NCBI GenBank assembly: GCA_023515725.1
Contig: JALDTO010000136.1
Location: 379,896 to 443,895 of the forward strand
DNA: 64,000 nt
DNA from: Amoeboaphelidium protococcarum X5
Taxonomy: Eukaryota; Fungi; Aphelidiomycota
Reading direction: 5' to 3'
Positions 1 through 14,048 of this stretch are shown here, in pieces (position 1 is the first letter of the stretch; every line of letters starts with the position of its first letter). The notes beneath the pieces are model-generated. The model saw only the letters and a list, made by a program, of their open reading frames with translations. It was not told the origin of the DNA and ran no database searches. The translations under genes and the position numbers were made by a program.

Positions 1-888
1 TCTGAGGAGGAAGATGATACTGATGTAAGCAATGAAAGTGACGCGGAAGATTTACAAGAGGATGTTCTCAATTCAGGCCAAGTCAATGGACGTAATAGTT
101 AATCCTTCAATTAAATCATTAAGCAGAAGAAGAGCAAGAAGAACAAAGGGAACAAGAAGGAGGCAATGAGAAGCAAGTACCTGAGTCTATTGCAAGGTGG
201 CGGAAGTGATTCGGATTCTAATGCGGATGGTAATGGAAGTGATGGCAGCATGCAAGAGGAGATGGAAATATCATTCGCACCTGGTCTATCTGACGTGGCT
301 CAAAAGCTGCTAGATGCAAAGAAGTAGCGTGAGCAGTAGCAGGGAGAGACTGTATTTGAAAAGTATTTGAGGGAGAAGAGTGAGAAGAGGAAAGAGTTGA
401 AGAAATAGAAAAAGTCTTAGTAGCTTGCTGATGATGGCCCCAAAGATATGGACCACGATGATGATGATATACCTGCCGAGTATCGGGACGATGCATTCTT
501 TTAGCAGGACATTTATGGCACAGATTTTGATGCTCCTGGGCATTAGATTCCCGCTACTGTTGGTAAAAGGCCAGGCAAGACATCAAAGAAGCGAAAGTCT
601 GATTAAAAGGATGTTAGTAGTAGTAACACAGACTTGGAACTCTTAATGCTGGACGAACGTTTCGATGGTAATCAGCAAGAAGACTCTGAAGAAGATTTCA
701 GTTATCGCAAGAGTAAAAAGGGTAATAAGAAGCACAAGTAGAAAAAGTTAAAAGGTGCTAATGATCAGTCTTCTCAGCAGCCTCCGTATGAGATTGACGA
801 TCGCTTCAAGGCATTGCGGGATAATCCAGAATATGCTCTAGACCCGACTAGTAGTAAATTTCAAGAGATGAAAAAGGCTTAAAAATGA
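1..888 (+). CDS. ESF1: Pre-rRNA processing protein ESF1, C-terminal part (5' truncated by window edge)
   Basis: Frame 1 is open to TGA 886-888 with TAR=Gln. Motifs EMEISFAPGL, ETVFEKYL, DLELLM and NUC153-like DDRFKALRDNPEYALDPTSSKF. Confidence 0.85.
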
Positions 889-922
889 ACAGTTATCAGG
901 CAATATATTTAAAATTCATAGA

Positions 923-1759
923 TCAAGAGTACATTCTTTATTGCTATTACTATTTCCTAGGAGAGGATTTCTTGTACGATGATTGAGATGGCGGTGGTGG
1001 ACAATGCTTATCCCAGTCCAATTTGACAGTCTTGAAGAGTTCCATGACACTGCGCGCATCTTCAATACTGCAATGACCAACACTATGGCTGGTACTGGCA
1101 GCATTCTAAATCTCTTTCTGTAGCACCTTCTCACACAGCAACTTCAGACCGGGCGTCCGTCCATGAGGCGTCAACTTACGAAATGGTGCGTACCGTGACG
1201 TGTCTCTGATCATATGCGGAGGATGGGATAATTATAGAGCCTTGAAATCAGAATGAACACTATGACCAACCACAATCTTATCCTTGATCAGAGCGTATAC
1301 CTATCTCTATACGCTCCTGAAATCTCGCCCGTCTTTCAAATGATGAGGCAATATACCGCTGACAGCTGTTCTATAATCTGTGACTGGCTTGTGACATTTA
1401 ACATAGGTATCCAGTAGAACATGACCGTGATAATTGACAATTGATACTCGCGCCAGTGCTGACTACAATCCATTAGCGCCAATCCCCACCATCTCACAAT
1501 CTATCGCCACGTACTTGCCCACTTTCTTCGTATCAGTCGGACTGTAATTGGTGGTTCGCATTCGCCTTTTACTTCCCTGCTATTACAGCGATTCCATCAG
1601 CTAAGTCTCCTATTAGCGCAAAGTCTCTGCCAACTCCTCTGGATCCACCACCTCAGACTACCTTCCATCTCTCTACTATCGCTCAGGATCCACATTGCCT
1701 GTAAACAGCTCATCCTTCTATCCATACTATTTCACAAGCTCATTAATATCTATATCCAT
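923..1759 (-). CDS. REX4: RNA exonuclease 4 (DEDDh 3'-5' exonuclease)
   Basis: 278 aa in table 6. [58 protein letters not shown]. Confidence 0.9.
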
Positions 1760-1998
1760 CTCTCACACTCTTAATACTTTGTGTAATTGCTATAATCTCT
1801 AACAATACTATTTAATGCAGAACTTTCACAATCTCTCGCTGAGTAAAAACGCTCAAAGATTTTGATGGATTTTCAACTTTAGTAACGATAGCTTTCATTG
1901 TACTTTTTCATAATCTGATATCTATATCACACTCGTTAAACTTGGAGTTATTAAATCTTGAAATTTAGAATTTTTTCTCAGTATCTGCATAAGTGAAT

Positions 1999-4041
1999 AT
2001 GTAATAAGAGGTGGTTGGAGAGCCTGCGCGAAAGAGATAGAAGAGACGTGGTAAGAGAGCTGGAAGATCCGGTAAGTTGGATGTCGATCAGGATCAGCAG
2101 CAATAGTAGATGGATGATATTCACTAATTGCCATAGAAATAGTAATTGTCAGGACAGGATGTATTTGAACAATACAGATATCGCGCGGAATTTCAAGGAA
2201 GATTAAGTCCTGAAATGACCAAGTATGTTGAGAGTATGCTCACCATTCTACAGGGAAAGTTTGATACTGATAATGATAATGGGGATGGTGATCACTCTCT
2301 GTAAGACTATGATGAGACGCGTCTTTTAATTGAATCGCTGTACGATGAGATTGATGGAAAAGAGTTGATGGTGGCCACGGACTATAGCGGAAGTAGATTG
2401 ATGGAGTTGATGGTGCGCATGTCATCAGAGTTCCAACTTCGCGTCTTGATGGATAGAATGCGTGGACATTACCTTGATATGCTTTGTGATAGAATGGCAT
2501 CTCACGTCATTCAAGTTATTCTTCTCAAATGCCACGAGTTATTAATGATACATATGAATGATATCAGTGATAGCGCGATCGCAGCGGATTCAAAGAATGT
2601 CAATGATGACTAGGAAGAGCTAATGTCTTTGCAGTTGCAGCTAAATGCTCTGGTAGAGGAAGTCCATGAGAGCTTAATGTACTGTATTGTAAACTAGAAT
2701 GCCAACTAGGTGCTGAAGATTCTGGTTTTGTTACTAGTCAGCGGTTATGATAATAATACCGTATCTGTTGAATAGTACCAGTAATTTGTTAATCAAGCCG
2801 TACATAACAAGGATGCTAGAATGAAGTTGATTGAGATCAAGTAATCAGTCATAAACGCGTAATAGACCGGCGGGTAATAAGTTGTAGAGCGCAAGTCATT
2901 CTATAGAGACTGTTTAGTCTTTCTGATAGATAAAGTGAAATCATCATCGCTCCTAACTGCAAAGACTGTGTATCTGATGGGGACTAATAAGGCTACTGTA
3001 TCCACTATTGTTTTACTGATCGGAATGTTGAAGGTGATTGATGGCGAAGATGGTGTATTGAAGTTGTTGGAACTGGTAATCATCAAGTCTCGAATGTTCA
3101 AGAGCAACTTCGCGTCCATGGCCAAAGACTCTTCTGCTTCTCGCTTCATTGAGTTTATATTTGAATGTCTGTCTCCTTATCATAGTCAAGATGAAGAATG
3201 CGCTGCTGAAGGTGAATAATAATAGACCCTTGATTAGAAGAAGGCTGTATTGTTGAAGGATTTATGGACTAGCTGCTTGAAGGATGATTTACGCGATTAT
3301 TGCGCCCATCCGATAGGCAACTTTGTAGTCAAATCCTTCTTCAGTACCATCTATGGATCTATTGAACTATCAGAGATGGTTCTATAGTCAGTCGTTCAAG
3401 ACTCTGAATTATTGAAGTCTTTGGTGCAAAATTGTTAAACAAAGTCTTAGCTTTTGATATCCATTTGTAATTTGGCATCTACTTCCCAAGTATCTAATGA
3501 TTCTAATAACGCTCAGAGATGTATTGTCGATGCTATTAAGGACGGATACTAAAAGGGATAGAGTAAGAAGGACCAAGCTGGTGCTGCCAAATCATTGTAA
3601 TTGATCGATTTCATTGGCGATAAGAATCTATCTGGGGATAGTAATCAATATGCAAATGCGAATTAGTATAGAGAAATCAGTGCTGGTGGATGCACTATGC
3701 TATCATCGCTGTTCTAATTTGACTTTACACTTATCAAATGGATTGTGACCATGATGTTTCAATGCGCTCCCGCTGACTTGGTGTTGGTGGTGCAGAATCC
3801 ACACGGTAGTAGAATGTTATAAGTATTTGTAGAGAGTCCTCAGATACCTGATAGAACAAAAATGATGCTGTACAAACACTTGATATCTGGTTCATCTCCT
3901 GATCGCTCCACTCCTACTATTAACAACAGTAATACTAGTAGTCTATCTAACTCGAATCGGCAGAAATTGCTCAAGTAGAAATACGCTTTGCACTTTGTCA
4001 ATCTATTCAATGATAAAGGTGAACTAAGAATGAACAAGTGA
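1999..4041 (+). CDS. NOP9: Nucleolar protein 9 (Pumilio-repeat, 18S maturation)
   Basis: ATG 1999 to TGA 4039-4041. Basic N-terminus KRRGKR, ELMVATDYSGSRLME, ASHVIQ, HPIGNFVV, NPHGSRML PUF-type repeats. Confidence 0.8.
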
Positions 4042-4161
4042 AAATTTTATATGATTTTCAATCAGTATTAGAATCATTATCTTTTTTCGTATCTTCCACC
4101 ACCAGCACCTTGTGGGTAGCACTAGAATTATAAAATACTGATAGTAATTGGGAACGAGAGC

Positions 4162-5310
4162 TCAGAAATAATTCTTGCCACTATCGAGTAACATATTCTT
4201 CTCAAGACTAGAGCACAGTCGTGTATCTTCATTCAGAACGGTGGTGAGATGCTCCAGACACTTTTACATTTCACCCAGGCTATTCAACATTTCCACAATC
4301 TACTACTCATCCAACACTTCAAATCCAGATACAGATGATATGTTAGATAGCTGATTCTAATGAGACTGCTGCTAATAATAATTAGGAACACTAGACAAGA
4401 GGTTAAATTTACTCTTCAAATCCTGCACTAGGCCAGTAAAGCTCTACGACTGCACTTGATCGTTCAGCTAATTCAATTGACGCGCCAATTCTTCTTCATT
4501 TCTGCTCAGTGATGGTTGGTCCTTATTGGCCAAAAGTTGTATATGCTTGAGACATTTCAATAGTTTGATCTACAATTTCTACTGATTAGTTCTCACCAGA
4601 GTCATCTTGGGCTCTACTTGCATACTCTTCTTATCTGACAGGAGTCCAATATCTGCAATCACCTCTTGCATTTTAGATTTGAATTAGCTCAACTACTTGT
4701 GTTGTGAATCCACCCTCTTCTACAGATCCTCAAATGACTAGGCAAACACCGGGACCATACAAGATGGATCTGGTGAAGACTGGAGAGCATCACGCCACAT
4801 TCCGTCTGGGATATTATTTGGCTTCTAATACATTCCAACCTGGCCTTTCTACACCATATTGTAGAAGGCATGCCGGAACTTGTACTTATGACTGTTGACA
4901 TCATACGAAGCATTAATCTCCTCCAACTGACTCCAAATCAATTCACTCTATTACTGCTCGGCACTTGTCTATTGTGGTTGTTGCATATTTTGCAAATTTT
5001 ATTAAGCATTCTATGGTTGCTATTATTGTTGTTAGTTGGAGCCAAACTAGAAATTGTTCTACTACTGAGCGGGTTATTACTACTGCTACTGCTAAGGAGG
5101 TTAACCAAATCCAAATTAGAACGGACCGCTAGTTGAAGTTTGTTATTACTATGGCTATTACTGCTATTGATTATTATTATTACCACCAAAGGAAAATAAT
5201 CCACCTCCACCTCCAGTCTATCCAGCACCAAACGCAGTCTATTATTGAGGCTACTACTACTACTGCTACTGATTCGAATTATTCTACTAATTACCACCAA
5301 AACTAAACAT
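4162..5310 (-). CDS. NUP57: Central-channel FG nucleoporin Nup54/Nup57
   Basis: FG motifs (FSFG, FQFG, GLFSFG) interspersed with poly-Gln encoded by mixed TAA/TAG/CAA/CAG. FYN..KP...WRDALQSSPDPSCMVPV...FEDLQKR, then coiled coil. 382 aa. Confidence 0.85.
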
Positions 5311-5688
5311 TGTTCAATACAATTAAACACAAAGATATGAACTTCCAATATCAAATGGTGTTTATGATATCAAAAGACACGGATTTAAAGGTAATAATAG
5401 ACAACCACAGGTAAATTAAGGTGGAAGAGAGAGAGAGAAAGGAAGAAACAAGAGACGAACGACTTCAGGGCGTGACAAACGACCAGGCAGAAAATGAACA
5501 AAGCGACCTGTCGTCTCTCAACGAGGAAAAGACACGCGTAAGAGCATCTAAGCTGCGACTTTTCAACTGTTTCAGATTCAGAAATCTGTCATCCTTCTAG
5601 TATTTATCTTAGGCACGTATATTTATAAAGTTGAATTCATTGACAGTTTATATATATGATTAGCACCAAAAATCTACAGAGATAGCTT

Positions 5689-7483
5689 TCAATGAGACCA
5701 CTCAATTGACAGCTGGATGGAGCGTTTCCATCTAGCAAACTTTTCTTCACGTTCTACAACAACACAGTTTCATAAAGGACGCGCGTGTAAGTCAATCGAT
5801 CATAACATTATATATGGGAAACATACCTTTTTTAGACCACTTGGGACTGAAAATGTCCATAGATTGTTAAGTAGCAGCGTCACTGGAAGTCAATCGATCA
5901 ATTTAATAAAAACCAGTAGCGAGACCGGCGGCTATTGCAGCACCCAGTGCAGTACTCTCCTTCATTTGAGGTCTCTGGACTGGAATGCCAAGAATGTCAG
6001 CCTAGATTTGCATAAGGACATCTGAATTACTCATACCACCATCAACACGCAGAACTGCCAAATCAAACTAATGATCATTACTATCAGCCTTCATAGCCTC
6101 CAGAATCTCACGAGTCTAGAATGCAACTCCCTCCAGTAGAGCACGGCATATGTGTTTCCTGGTGGTGAATTGAGACAAGCCAAATAGGCAACCGCGCGAA
6201 TTCGGCTTCCAATACGGAGCAAATAATCCACTCAGTGCCGGAACAAATATCACTCCTCCAGAATCCTCAACTTCCCCAGCCAGTTTACTTAGTTCCTGCG
6301 GAGTGGTTACCATTTCTAAAGAGTCGCGGAGCCAACTAACTGCAGCGCCACTTATAGCAATGGATCCTTCATAAGCATAACACACCTGCGCGTCTTTCCC
6401 CAACTTATACGCTACTGTAGTTAAGAGGCCACTCTCGCTAGGAGGAGGCACACGATCCGGACCTGTGTTCATAAGCATGAAGCAACCAGTTCCATACGTA
6501 TTCTTTGCCATTCCTTTTTAGAAGCATTTCTGACCCACAACGGCAGCCTGTTAATCGCCCAAACACCCGCTGATAACAACTCCATCCCATTAGCCATACC
6601 CACTGACGCGTCCATATACTTCACTTGAACTCCTGATATGAGGCAGAACACTTTCATCAATGTCAAATACTCTACACATTAGTAGCATTAATCAAGTAAT
6701 GATGATAAAAATCATAATGTAAGGACCCCTTACTGCATCATTGTTTGAGAGTATTCACAAGTCTGTAAATCCATAAGCATAGTGCGTGATGCATTCGTAA
6801 CATCAGTCACATGCACACCTCCGTTGACTTTCCCAGTCAGATTCTACAAAGTAATGAATATTCGATTAAACAACAATACACAATAGAATATATTACATAT
6901 ATTATCCACGAGTCAACAGTTCCGACGGCAAGTCTGTGCTCGTTGTACGCAGCCTGGACATTCCGATCATTATTTAACAACCACTTCAACTTGACAGCAC
7001 TAAAATACGTACTAAACGGGAGACCACAAATATCCACAAATTTTCGCTTATCACCCGCTCCTTTGTCTTCAACAAGCTCATCTACCAGATCAGATGTTCT
7101 TGAGTCAAGCCATACGATTGCATTACACAGCGGTTCACCTGTTGTTTTGTCCCAGCAGCACAGAGTCTCGCGCTGATTAGTAATGCCAATGGCTACTACT
7201 TTGCACTTATTGCTGGTACTCTTTTATACCTAATCAATGCACACATTGATAGATTTAATTATTTCATTTGGGTCTTATTCGCACCATCTACAAAGTACTG
7301 TAATATGATGACGAGTTTGACTAAAGTAACAATTAGATCGCGCTATGCATTCACTTACCCTGGTTGCTAGTAAATTGAAGGATACTCTTGCTGATGAGAT
7401 GCAACTATATCGCACTATTTGTCAAAGAGAATCACTCTGGACGACGTTGTGCCATTGTCAATCGCCGCAATTACCTCAATCAT
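5689..7483 (-). CDS. GUT1: Glycerol kinase, 5 exons (introns 7288-7358, 6844-6896, 6672-6733, 5754-5826)
   Basis: [15 protein letters not shown] (Q=TAA), [21 protein letters not shown] (Q=TAA), [16 protein letters not shown]. Spliced length is 512 codons including TGA. Confidence 0.95.
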
Positions 7484-7661
7484 ATTAACGCGATAGAGCT
7501 TACAGAAGTTCTCAGTCAAAGTCTCAAATGAACTGATCTCTGTTTAGTGGAAAAAGACTGAAACAACAAGCTTTAAATCTAAAATTTGATATCATTTCCA
7601 AAAGTTAGTCAACTACATTAAGAATATCCTAAAGTCACACATCAATCATCAATCAACTTCA

Positions 7662-9998
7662 TCAATAGGATGCATCGGAGGAGCCTTCACCGCGAGATTT
7701 TACTGAGGATCTTCTTGCATTCTGGCGAAGACGGCCGCTGCTTCTAGAGCCACGAGTCGCAACATACCCGTCTTCATCGTCATCATCACCGTGGTCACCA
7801 TGAGATCTCATAAGTCTGCTTGATCTCCTCTTGCCACCGCGAACCATTTGTTCAAAGTCACTCTCATCACTTTCTTCAACTACACGCTTGGCGGAGTGAG
7901 GTTACTTCTGACGGCGACCATTCACTTTGCGCAACTTGGACTCAAACTTATCTTTCAAAGATTCAGACTTTTACGGCTACTATTTCTTGTTACCAGTAGA
8001 GTGACCATCCTTTTTAGAAACATTGCTAGCATCTTTATTGGTCTTGCTTTTGATCTTCAACTACAAAAGATGAGTCTTCAACGATTGGATATGCATCTCA
8101 AAATGACTCAACCATAGCAACGATGCTGAAGGCTCTAGATTATCAAAATGCGCCAGCCAAACATCCTTCCAAGTCGTATCCTCTTACTGGGATGCCGTTA
8201 GACGAGACTTACAATGAGGAGAGTCCTTGTTAATGTACAACAATCTGCAAAATTTACAATCATGATGGCAGCCATAGAATTACACGGTCAAAATATCCAT
8301 AATCATCGACAACAATTCGCCATAGTCTTAAGATTACAACAACATTGTACTATTATCAACGTTGAATTCCCACATTTTATCAAACTCAATGTAAGGATGT
8401 TTGAGTCCAGGATGGTTTCCATCAGCATATGCGGCCAGAAATTCATGGAGTCTCTGCTGAATAATATCAATGGAAGATACAATGTTGGAATACAGGTCGT
8501 ACTTTCGCTTCTCAATCTGACTGCGGATCACATCACCTTCATACTCTTCTTCAGCTTAAAACACTTGAGAGATAAAACCATCACCAGAAAATGGAATCTC
8601 ACTTCTTGGCAGATGATACTTCAAAGATTTGAATAGCTCAGACTCCATCCTGAACTTCTTTGTTAACGTAGAGAGCAAGATTTTGCATTGATCAGCGGAG
8701 CTAATAATTCCCCACTTGCCACCCAAAGATTCAGCAGGTTCAATCAAAATCACGACAAGCTCCGGAATCCACCAATACCTGTATCCAGAGCGATCATACC
8801 CGCATACAAAGACAGTCTGACCACGAAGTTCGTCGACAGTCTCTCTCGCTTTTTACAGAGATATGGAGCCATCTTTATCCTCCTCTAACTCAAGATATTG
8901 CTTTGTCAAGCTACTCAATTTCTATTGCAAAGCCTTGATTTCATCCTGCAACTACTCAGCCTCAAGCTAACAAGGTCTAACCAAGACCTGATATAACTTG
9001 CTCTTGAACATCTTCACATTGTCTTTGACAGCTGGATCTTTGCACTACTCTGTTGCGTACTCCGGAAACTTTTGCGCAACTTTTGTATCAATTTCGGATT
9101 GCACGTTTTCGCAAACATCTTCAAAGGCTCTTTGAGCACGTTGGTACTGTTTCTTCTAGTCAAAAATGGATTATTAGACTTCCTGAATTTGATTACTGAT
9201 CTGACGCATCAGCTTCTTGTTATTGACGCGATCTCCGGCAAATTGATCAGCCATAGCCAGAATCTCCTACTCATTACTCTCCCACACCTCAGACTCCATT
9301 GCAATATTAACCAGTAGTTTCAGAGCGCGTATTCTTTGATCAATCGCGATATCGTTCCATGAAACGGTTTCAAAAAGGCGAAAAAGCTCTTCGTCCTCTT
9401 CTAGGAGAACTAGCGAGAGCATTGCTTGGACGTTTGAGAGATCCATTTTGGGAAGTTTTTCGGACAATAGGTGCTACATGATACTCTTGAGCAACTTTTT
9501 GAACCATTCATTGTAAGCCATGATTCCACACCACAACTTTTTCATTGACAGAGAGTCCACTAACTTGACATCAAATAATACTCCAAATCCATTCATGAAA
9601 TCGTGTACTTCAAGAAAATCCATAAAACTTTCAGCTTTGAGACCTTCTGGAGCACCTAGAGCCTGCAAATCTAGCCGGATTTCATCTTTGTGAAGAACAG
9701 CGAACGAATCTTGAGAGAGAGCTTTCACTGGAGCCTCAGTCTTGATAACAGTCTGCTTTTCTTGTAACACCACCTTGGTTTAATGAGCCAGCTTTATCAC
9801 TTATTCGTTCGACTATACCTTGCTAAAGTTGAGCACAGACTGCTTCACTACTTTACTCTGCTTAATACTGACTTGTTTGTACTCTGTTGCATTCACAATT
9901 TGGAAATCGTTTTCATCTTGAGAATTACTCTGTTAGCGCTTGAATTGACTGCCATGATCGGAACCTGGAATCAACGTATTATTCTACTCGACAGTCAT
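7662..9998 (-). CDS. DDT + WHIM domain protein (ISWI-partner, Itc1/Ioc3/BAZ-like)
   Basis: Single 778 aa frame. DDT-like FLEVHDFMNGFGVLF, WHIM1-like WNDIAIDQRIRALKLLVN, WHIM2-like GYDRSGYRYWW, WHIM3-like WGIISSADQCKILLSTL...ESELFKSL. Confidence 0.75.
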
Positions 9999-10106
9999 TC
10001 TCGCAGTATCAATGATATTATGCAGTATAACGTATACCTAAAAGAGACTGGCGAGAAATAGAGTTGGAATTATCTGTAAGACAAAATACGTTTCAACACG
10101 CGCTCA

Positions 10107-10612
10107 ATGGCGACTGAAACAGTTTTCAAATTCGATCGTTCAGATGGCGCGAACATGGAATCCTATTGCGACGAGCGATTTATCGAGAGTCGCTATAATT
10201 TTCCCCCGCCGAACTAAATTTCGCACCAGAACAATAACGTGGACGAAGAGGAAGAAGTTGCGGAGGTAGACGCGGCCCTTACCTGGTCGACTGTCTCCTA
10301 AAGGACTGACTTGAAAGTGGTGTCCATGGAAGGCATATCAATTCAATTCATCAAAGATATCACGTAGCTGTCGTTGAAGCCTTAATGTAGCTGGAGCATT
10401 TGTCTGCTTTAGATTTGAGACACAACGAGTTGGGAGATGATGTCGCAGTGAGATTGCTGTAAAGTTTAACGGAGAGCAGATGGCCCAAAATGATGAGACT
10501 GAAAGTAGGCAATAACGAATTTACTCTTGGTAACAGAGATGTCGAGCGTCTGAAAATGTTTGATGTGGTCGATATGTCATCTGATTCTTCTGAGATTGAC
10601 GATCAAGATTGA
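10107..10612 (+). pseudogene. Short RNI-type leucine-rich-repeat ORF with a frame break near 10365 (or a 125-nt intron 10266-10390)
   Basis: The frame from ATG 10107 hits TGA at about 10417. The shifted frame encodes LEHLSALDLRHNELGDDVAVRLL...LKVGNNEF to TGA 10610-10612. Confidence 0.4.
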
Positions 10613-10972
10613 TGGGGGATGCGATATGGCGCGTATAGTATGCAATAGTTATAGCTCTACAATGACTGTTCGGATTGAAACGGAATTGATTAAATTGTTT
10701 TTTATAAAAGCCATCTTTCCAGCAAGTTCTCAGATTGAGCCATCATGATCCCCACCTCACCTTCCTCTATGCGATCATTCGATTTGGAAGAGTGAAAATT
10801 ATCAATCCTTAAATGTAAAATCTACAGTCTATCTTTACAGTACTTGCAAAATGAAAGGCTTCTATGAATGATATTTCCAACGTTGTAGATCACCATACTC
10901 CCCAAGGCAAGAAACATATTAAATAACAGTCAAACTAAAGAAGTATAATAAAAAAGAATCTGAATATAACTA

Positions 10973-11452
10973 TCACGCAATAAGAACCTAACTGGAAACG
11001 CGCATCTACTCAAACGCTAAAAAGTCTGAAGTAGTGTTGGGGATCAGACCCATCTAATTAAGTTTCCAAACACCGAGACAAAGCGCGGCAATTTAACACA
11101 GAATGTACAATAGTCGACTGAGCAGAAGAGAACTGTCCTTGTCTTCAGCAACGTGGAACGGCTTGAAAACATCAGCTATTCCAAATATGGCCTTCAGCGG
11201 GTTATACAACATCATGGCGGTAATCATCACACTGAAAATCTAAACACCGCTACCAGCCATCCAAAGCATGAAAAAGTTCATGGGCAAAGTTTTTAGAGGT
11301 GACGTGGCAAGATCTCTGGCACGCTTGAGTTTCATGTCATTCACAGCTTTTTGCTTTTCTTTCGACACAGACTCCAACTAGGGACTATACGCCATCTTTA
11401 GTGGACTCTCAGTGCTAATCTAAGCGGAATACAATGTAGGAGTGGTAATCAT
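10973..11452 (-). CDS. EMC4: ER membrane protein complex subunit 4
   Basis: LKRARDLATSPLKTLPMNFFMLWMAGSGVQIFSVMIT...GVWKLNQMGLIPNTTSDFL. 159 aa. Confidence 0.92.
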
Positions 11453-11684
11453 TTTCCGTTGTCAATTCTTAATTGAAGGATGTTGAATAAAGAGTTGGAT
11501 TTGAGTACTGATTGATGAGAATATTACTGTACGCAGAGAAAGATTTGTACGCGCTTTCTATCTTTAACGCATCAACCGCGCAGGGCTGGCTCGTCGTTTG
11601 TCGTTAAATGAGCTAATCGTTCTTCAGTCTGTCTGTTCTGCGTTCAGTAAGATCTGCGACAATTAATTAAGCAGTTTATTAGTT

Positions 11685-13769
11685 ATGTTAACAAGCGTTT
11701 TGATGCAAGTCGCCTTTCTGCTGGGACTAGAAGTTATAATTATAGCTTTAGTACTTTTGTGGATGAATAGAAAGTATATTCTGCCTAATGAACGACCAGT
11801 GCCTCAGGGAGTCAAGTTCTGCCGGTACGATGTGGCAAAGATGGAAGCCAAGACTGGTCATTAGATCTAGTAAATTCTAGTTAATGATTAATAGCTATAT
11901 GATACTTTCAGGATCAGAAGCAAATTGAATTTAAAGTTATCATCAAGTCTGCCTGAGCTCAAGTAATTCACTCAGCCAATATCTCTGACTGATTTTGATG
12001 CAGATCTGGCGACTGGTGATGATAATGATGATAATGTGCAGACGCGCGATCGAATGGTCAACGTTATAATGGCTCAAGTTTATGACACCATGTCAAAGTC
12101 TGAATATTTTGATAATCTCACCCGCGAAAAGCTCTTGAAGATCTTAATCAACATCTCTAGATCGATCCCTGGAAGAATTATTGATATGTAAGAGGTTCAG
12201 TTGTTGAAGTTGAAGTTTCCTCCTTAGACTCCTTAATTTTAAGACGTGTGGGCATTGAATGAACAGGATCCTGACTATTTTGGAATTTTTGCCTGTGGCT
12301 CCTATGCTTACTTAAAACAATCTGATATTGTTGAAGGGGTATGCGACGTGTAAAAAGCATAAAGTATTGATATCGGATTGTAATTCATGATTCTGGGCAA
12401 GTTTCAGGTGAAGGTTGACGTTCAGATTTGGAATATAAAGTTTGATATGTACGTGCGATATGTGAAGCCTCCGTTCAAGTTCTTCTCTGTTAGTCTGATG
12501 GAAATGCCGTCGTATGACATGTACCTGAAAATTAGTCTGACTGATGCTACAGATGGTCTCAAGTACAAGCTACATCAGATTGTTGAGAATTTGGTCAAAA
12601 ATTACATTGTACCTATGATTATTAAGCGTAATTTTGTGAGACCCAATGCAAGAATATTTAGACTGGGTGCAGATGAATCCGCTGTCATTGACTTTACTCA
12701 GGTGTTTGAGGAACTGACTCAAGCTGCCAGGTAGAGACGAAATGAAGCTCTGAAGGCTTATTATCAGAAAATGTCTCAGGGTGATGGTAGCAAGAGAAAT
12801 TCTTTGACTAGTTCCGGTCTGTCTAGTCCAATCTCTAATGGTAGTTAAACACCGGAAGTCGGACGGGGGCTGATGGACAGTGGTAGATCAATATCGGGAC
12901 AGGGTATGAAGTCAAAGCTATTTGAGAAGCTGTCCACAGTGTCCACTCAGTTGAAAGATTAATATCAGAAATCTTAGTCTGTACATACTGCTTAAGCGCG
13001 TGCTACAACTCTATTGTAATCATTTAATAACTAGCTACGTCGTCGTAAAGGTACCGAGTCGTCTCAAGAGGCCTCTGACAGCGGAACCGTAATGCTGTAA
13101 CCTGTCGTAAGCTAGACTCATCTTGATAATACCACGACTTCGTCTCCATAATTGTAATTGAAATAGTCCGGCAATGCTGATATTTAAGCAAAGCAGGCTG
13201 GAAGTGAAGTGCAGACTGTAGTGCCAAGATCTAACATTTAGAGCGAGTCTGAGTAGTCACGTATGGCATCCAAGGCTGATATCGAGACTAGGTCAGCAGA
13301 TGCGAAAGAAGTCGGTAATAATTCTACCAAATTGGAAGCTCATCATAGGTCTAAAGAGCAGCCGCTGTTGGTGGATCTGAGTGCTTCGTCAAACCCCGAT
13401 TACACTGATAACTCTTCTGTATCTCAACATTAAGAAGGAGAAGAAAGAGAGGTGTTCCATCCTGATGGTAATCTAAGTTTAGAGGATCTAATGAACAGCA
13501 TTGAAGAAGAGATCTCGATGGAGAATGCAAGGTTGTCCCCTCCACTGCTCCCTCCACGTGAAAATACTGTTTTAACTCATAGCATGACACTTCCTGTCGT
13601 GAGTAATGATGAGGACAATCACGACATGGCAATGGATGAAGATGATACTCTGGATGATATGATTATGAAGGAGATGATGGCTCTGAATCAGGAGACTGTT
13701 GCTGCAACTGACTTGTAAATTTAAGATAGCGCTGTTCCCAGCTCCTCGTAGCCATAAGAATCTGCATGA
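11685..13769 (+). CDS. N-terminally anchored SMP/TULIP lipid-transfer-like protein (Mmm1/PDZD8-like) with long disordered C-terminus
   Basis: N-terminal TM (VAFLLGLEVIIIALVLLW). SMP-like beta-rich core (VNVIMAQVY...FSVSLMEMPSYD...IIKRNFVRPN). Open frame of 694 aa. Confidence 0.6.
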
Positions 13770-14048
13770 ATCGCGAGATATGAGGCATAAATGCAAATTT
13801 AAAGCGAAATGTGATTATTACACAGGCAATGTTTCTAAATTAGTTGTTACAGGCTTTTATATTTATATCTACAAGCAAAAGCATGTACACATCGGATCGA
13901 TGCTATGCAGTCTACTTCAGGATCCGCCAAGACGTACCGCGACAATTTACCGCTAGTGACCAGCAAATGCGTTGAATTGGCAAATAACATCTGTGACCGA
14001 AAATCAACAACAAAAAAATTAAAACTCCGTTTATATTTATTTCATTTT

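Noticed and set aside
4990-5300. CTA/TTA/TTG trinucleotide microsatellite-like tracts (also 16640-16760 and 50500-50535)
   Set aside because: They are poly-Gln coding sequence under table 6, not independent repeats.
7448-7462. Glycerol kinase motif DNGTT instead of the usual DQGTT
   Set aside because: Single conservative change with all other catalytic motifs intact; not enough to claim altered function.
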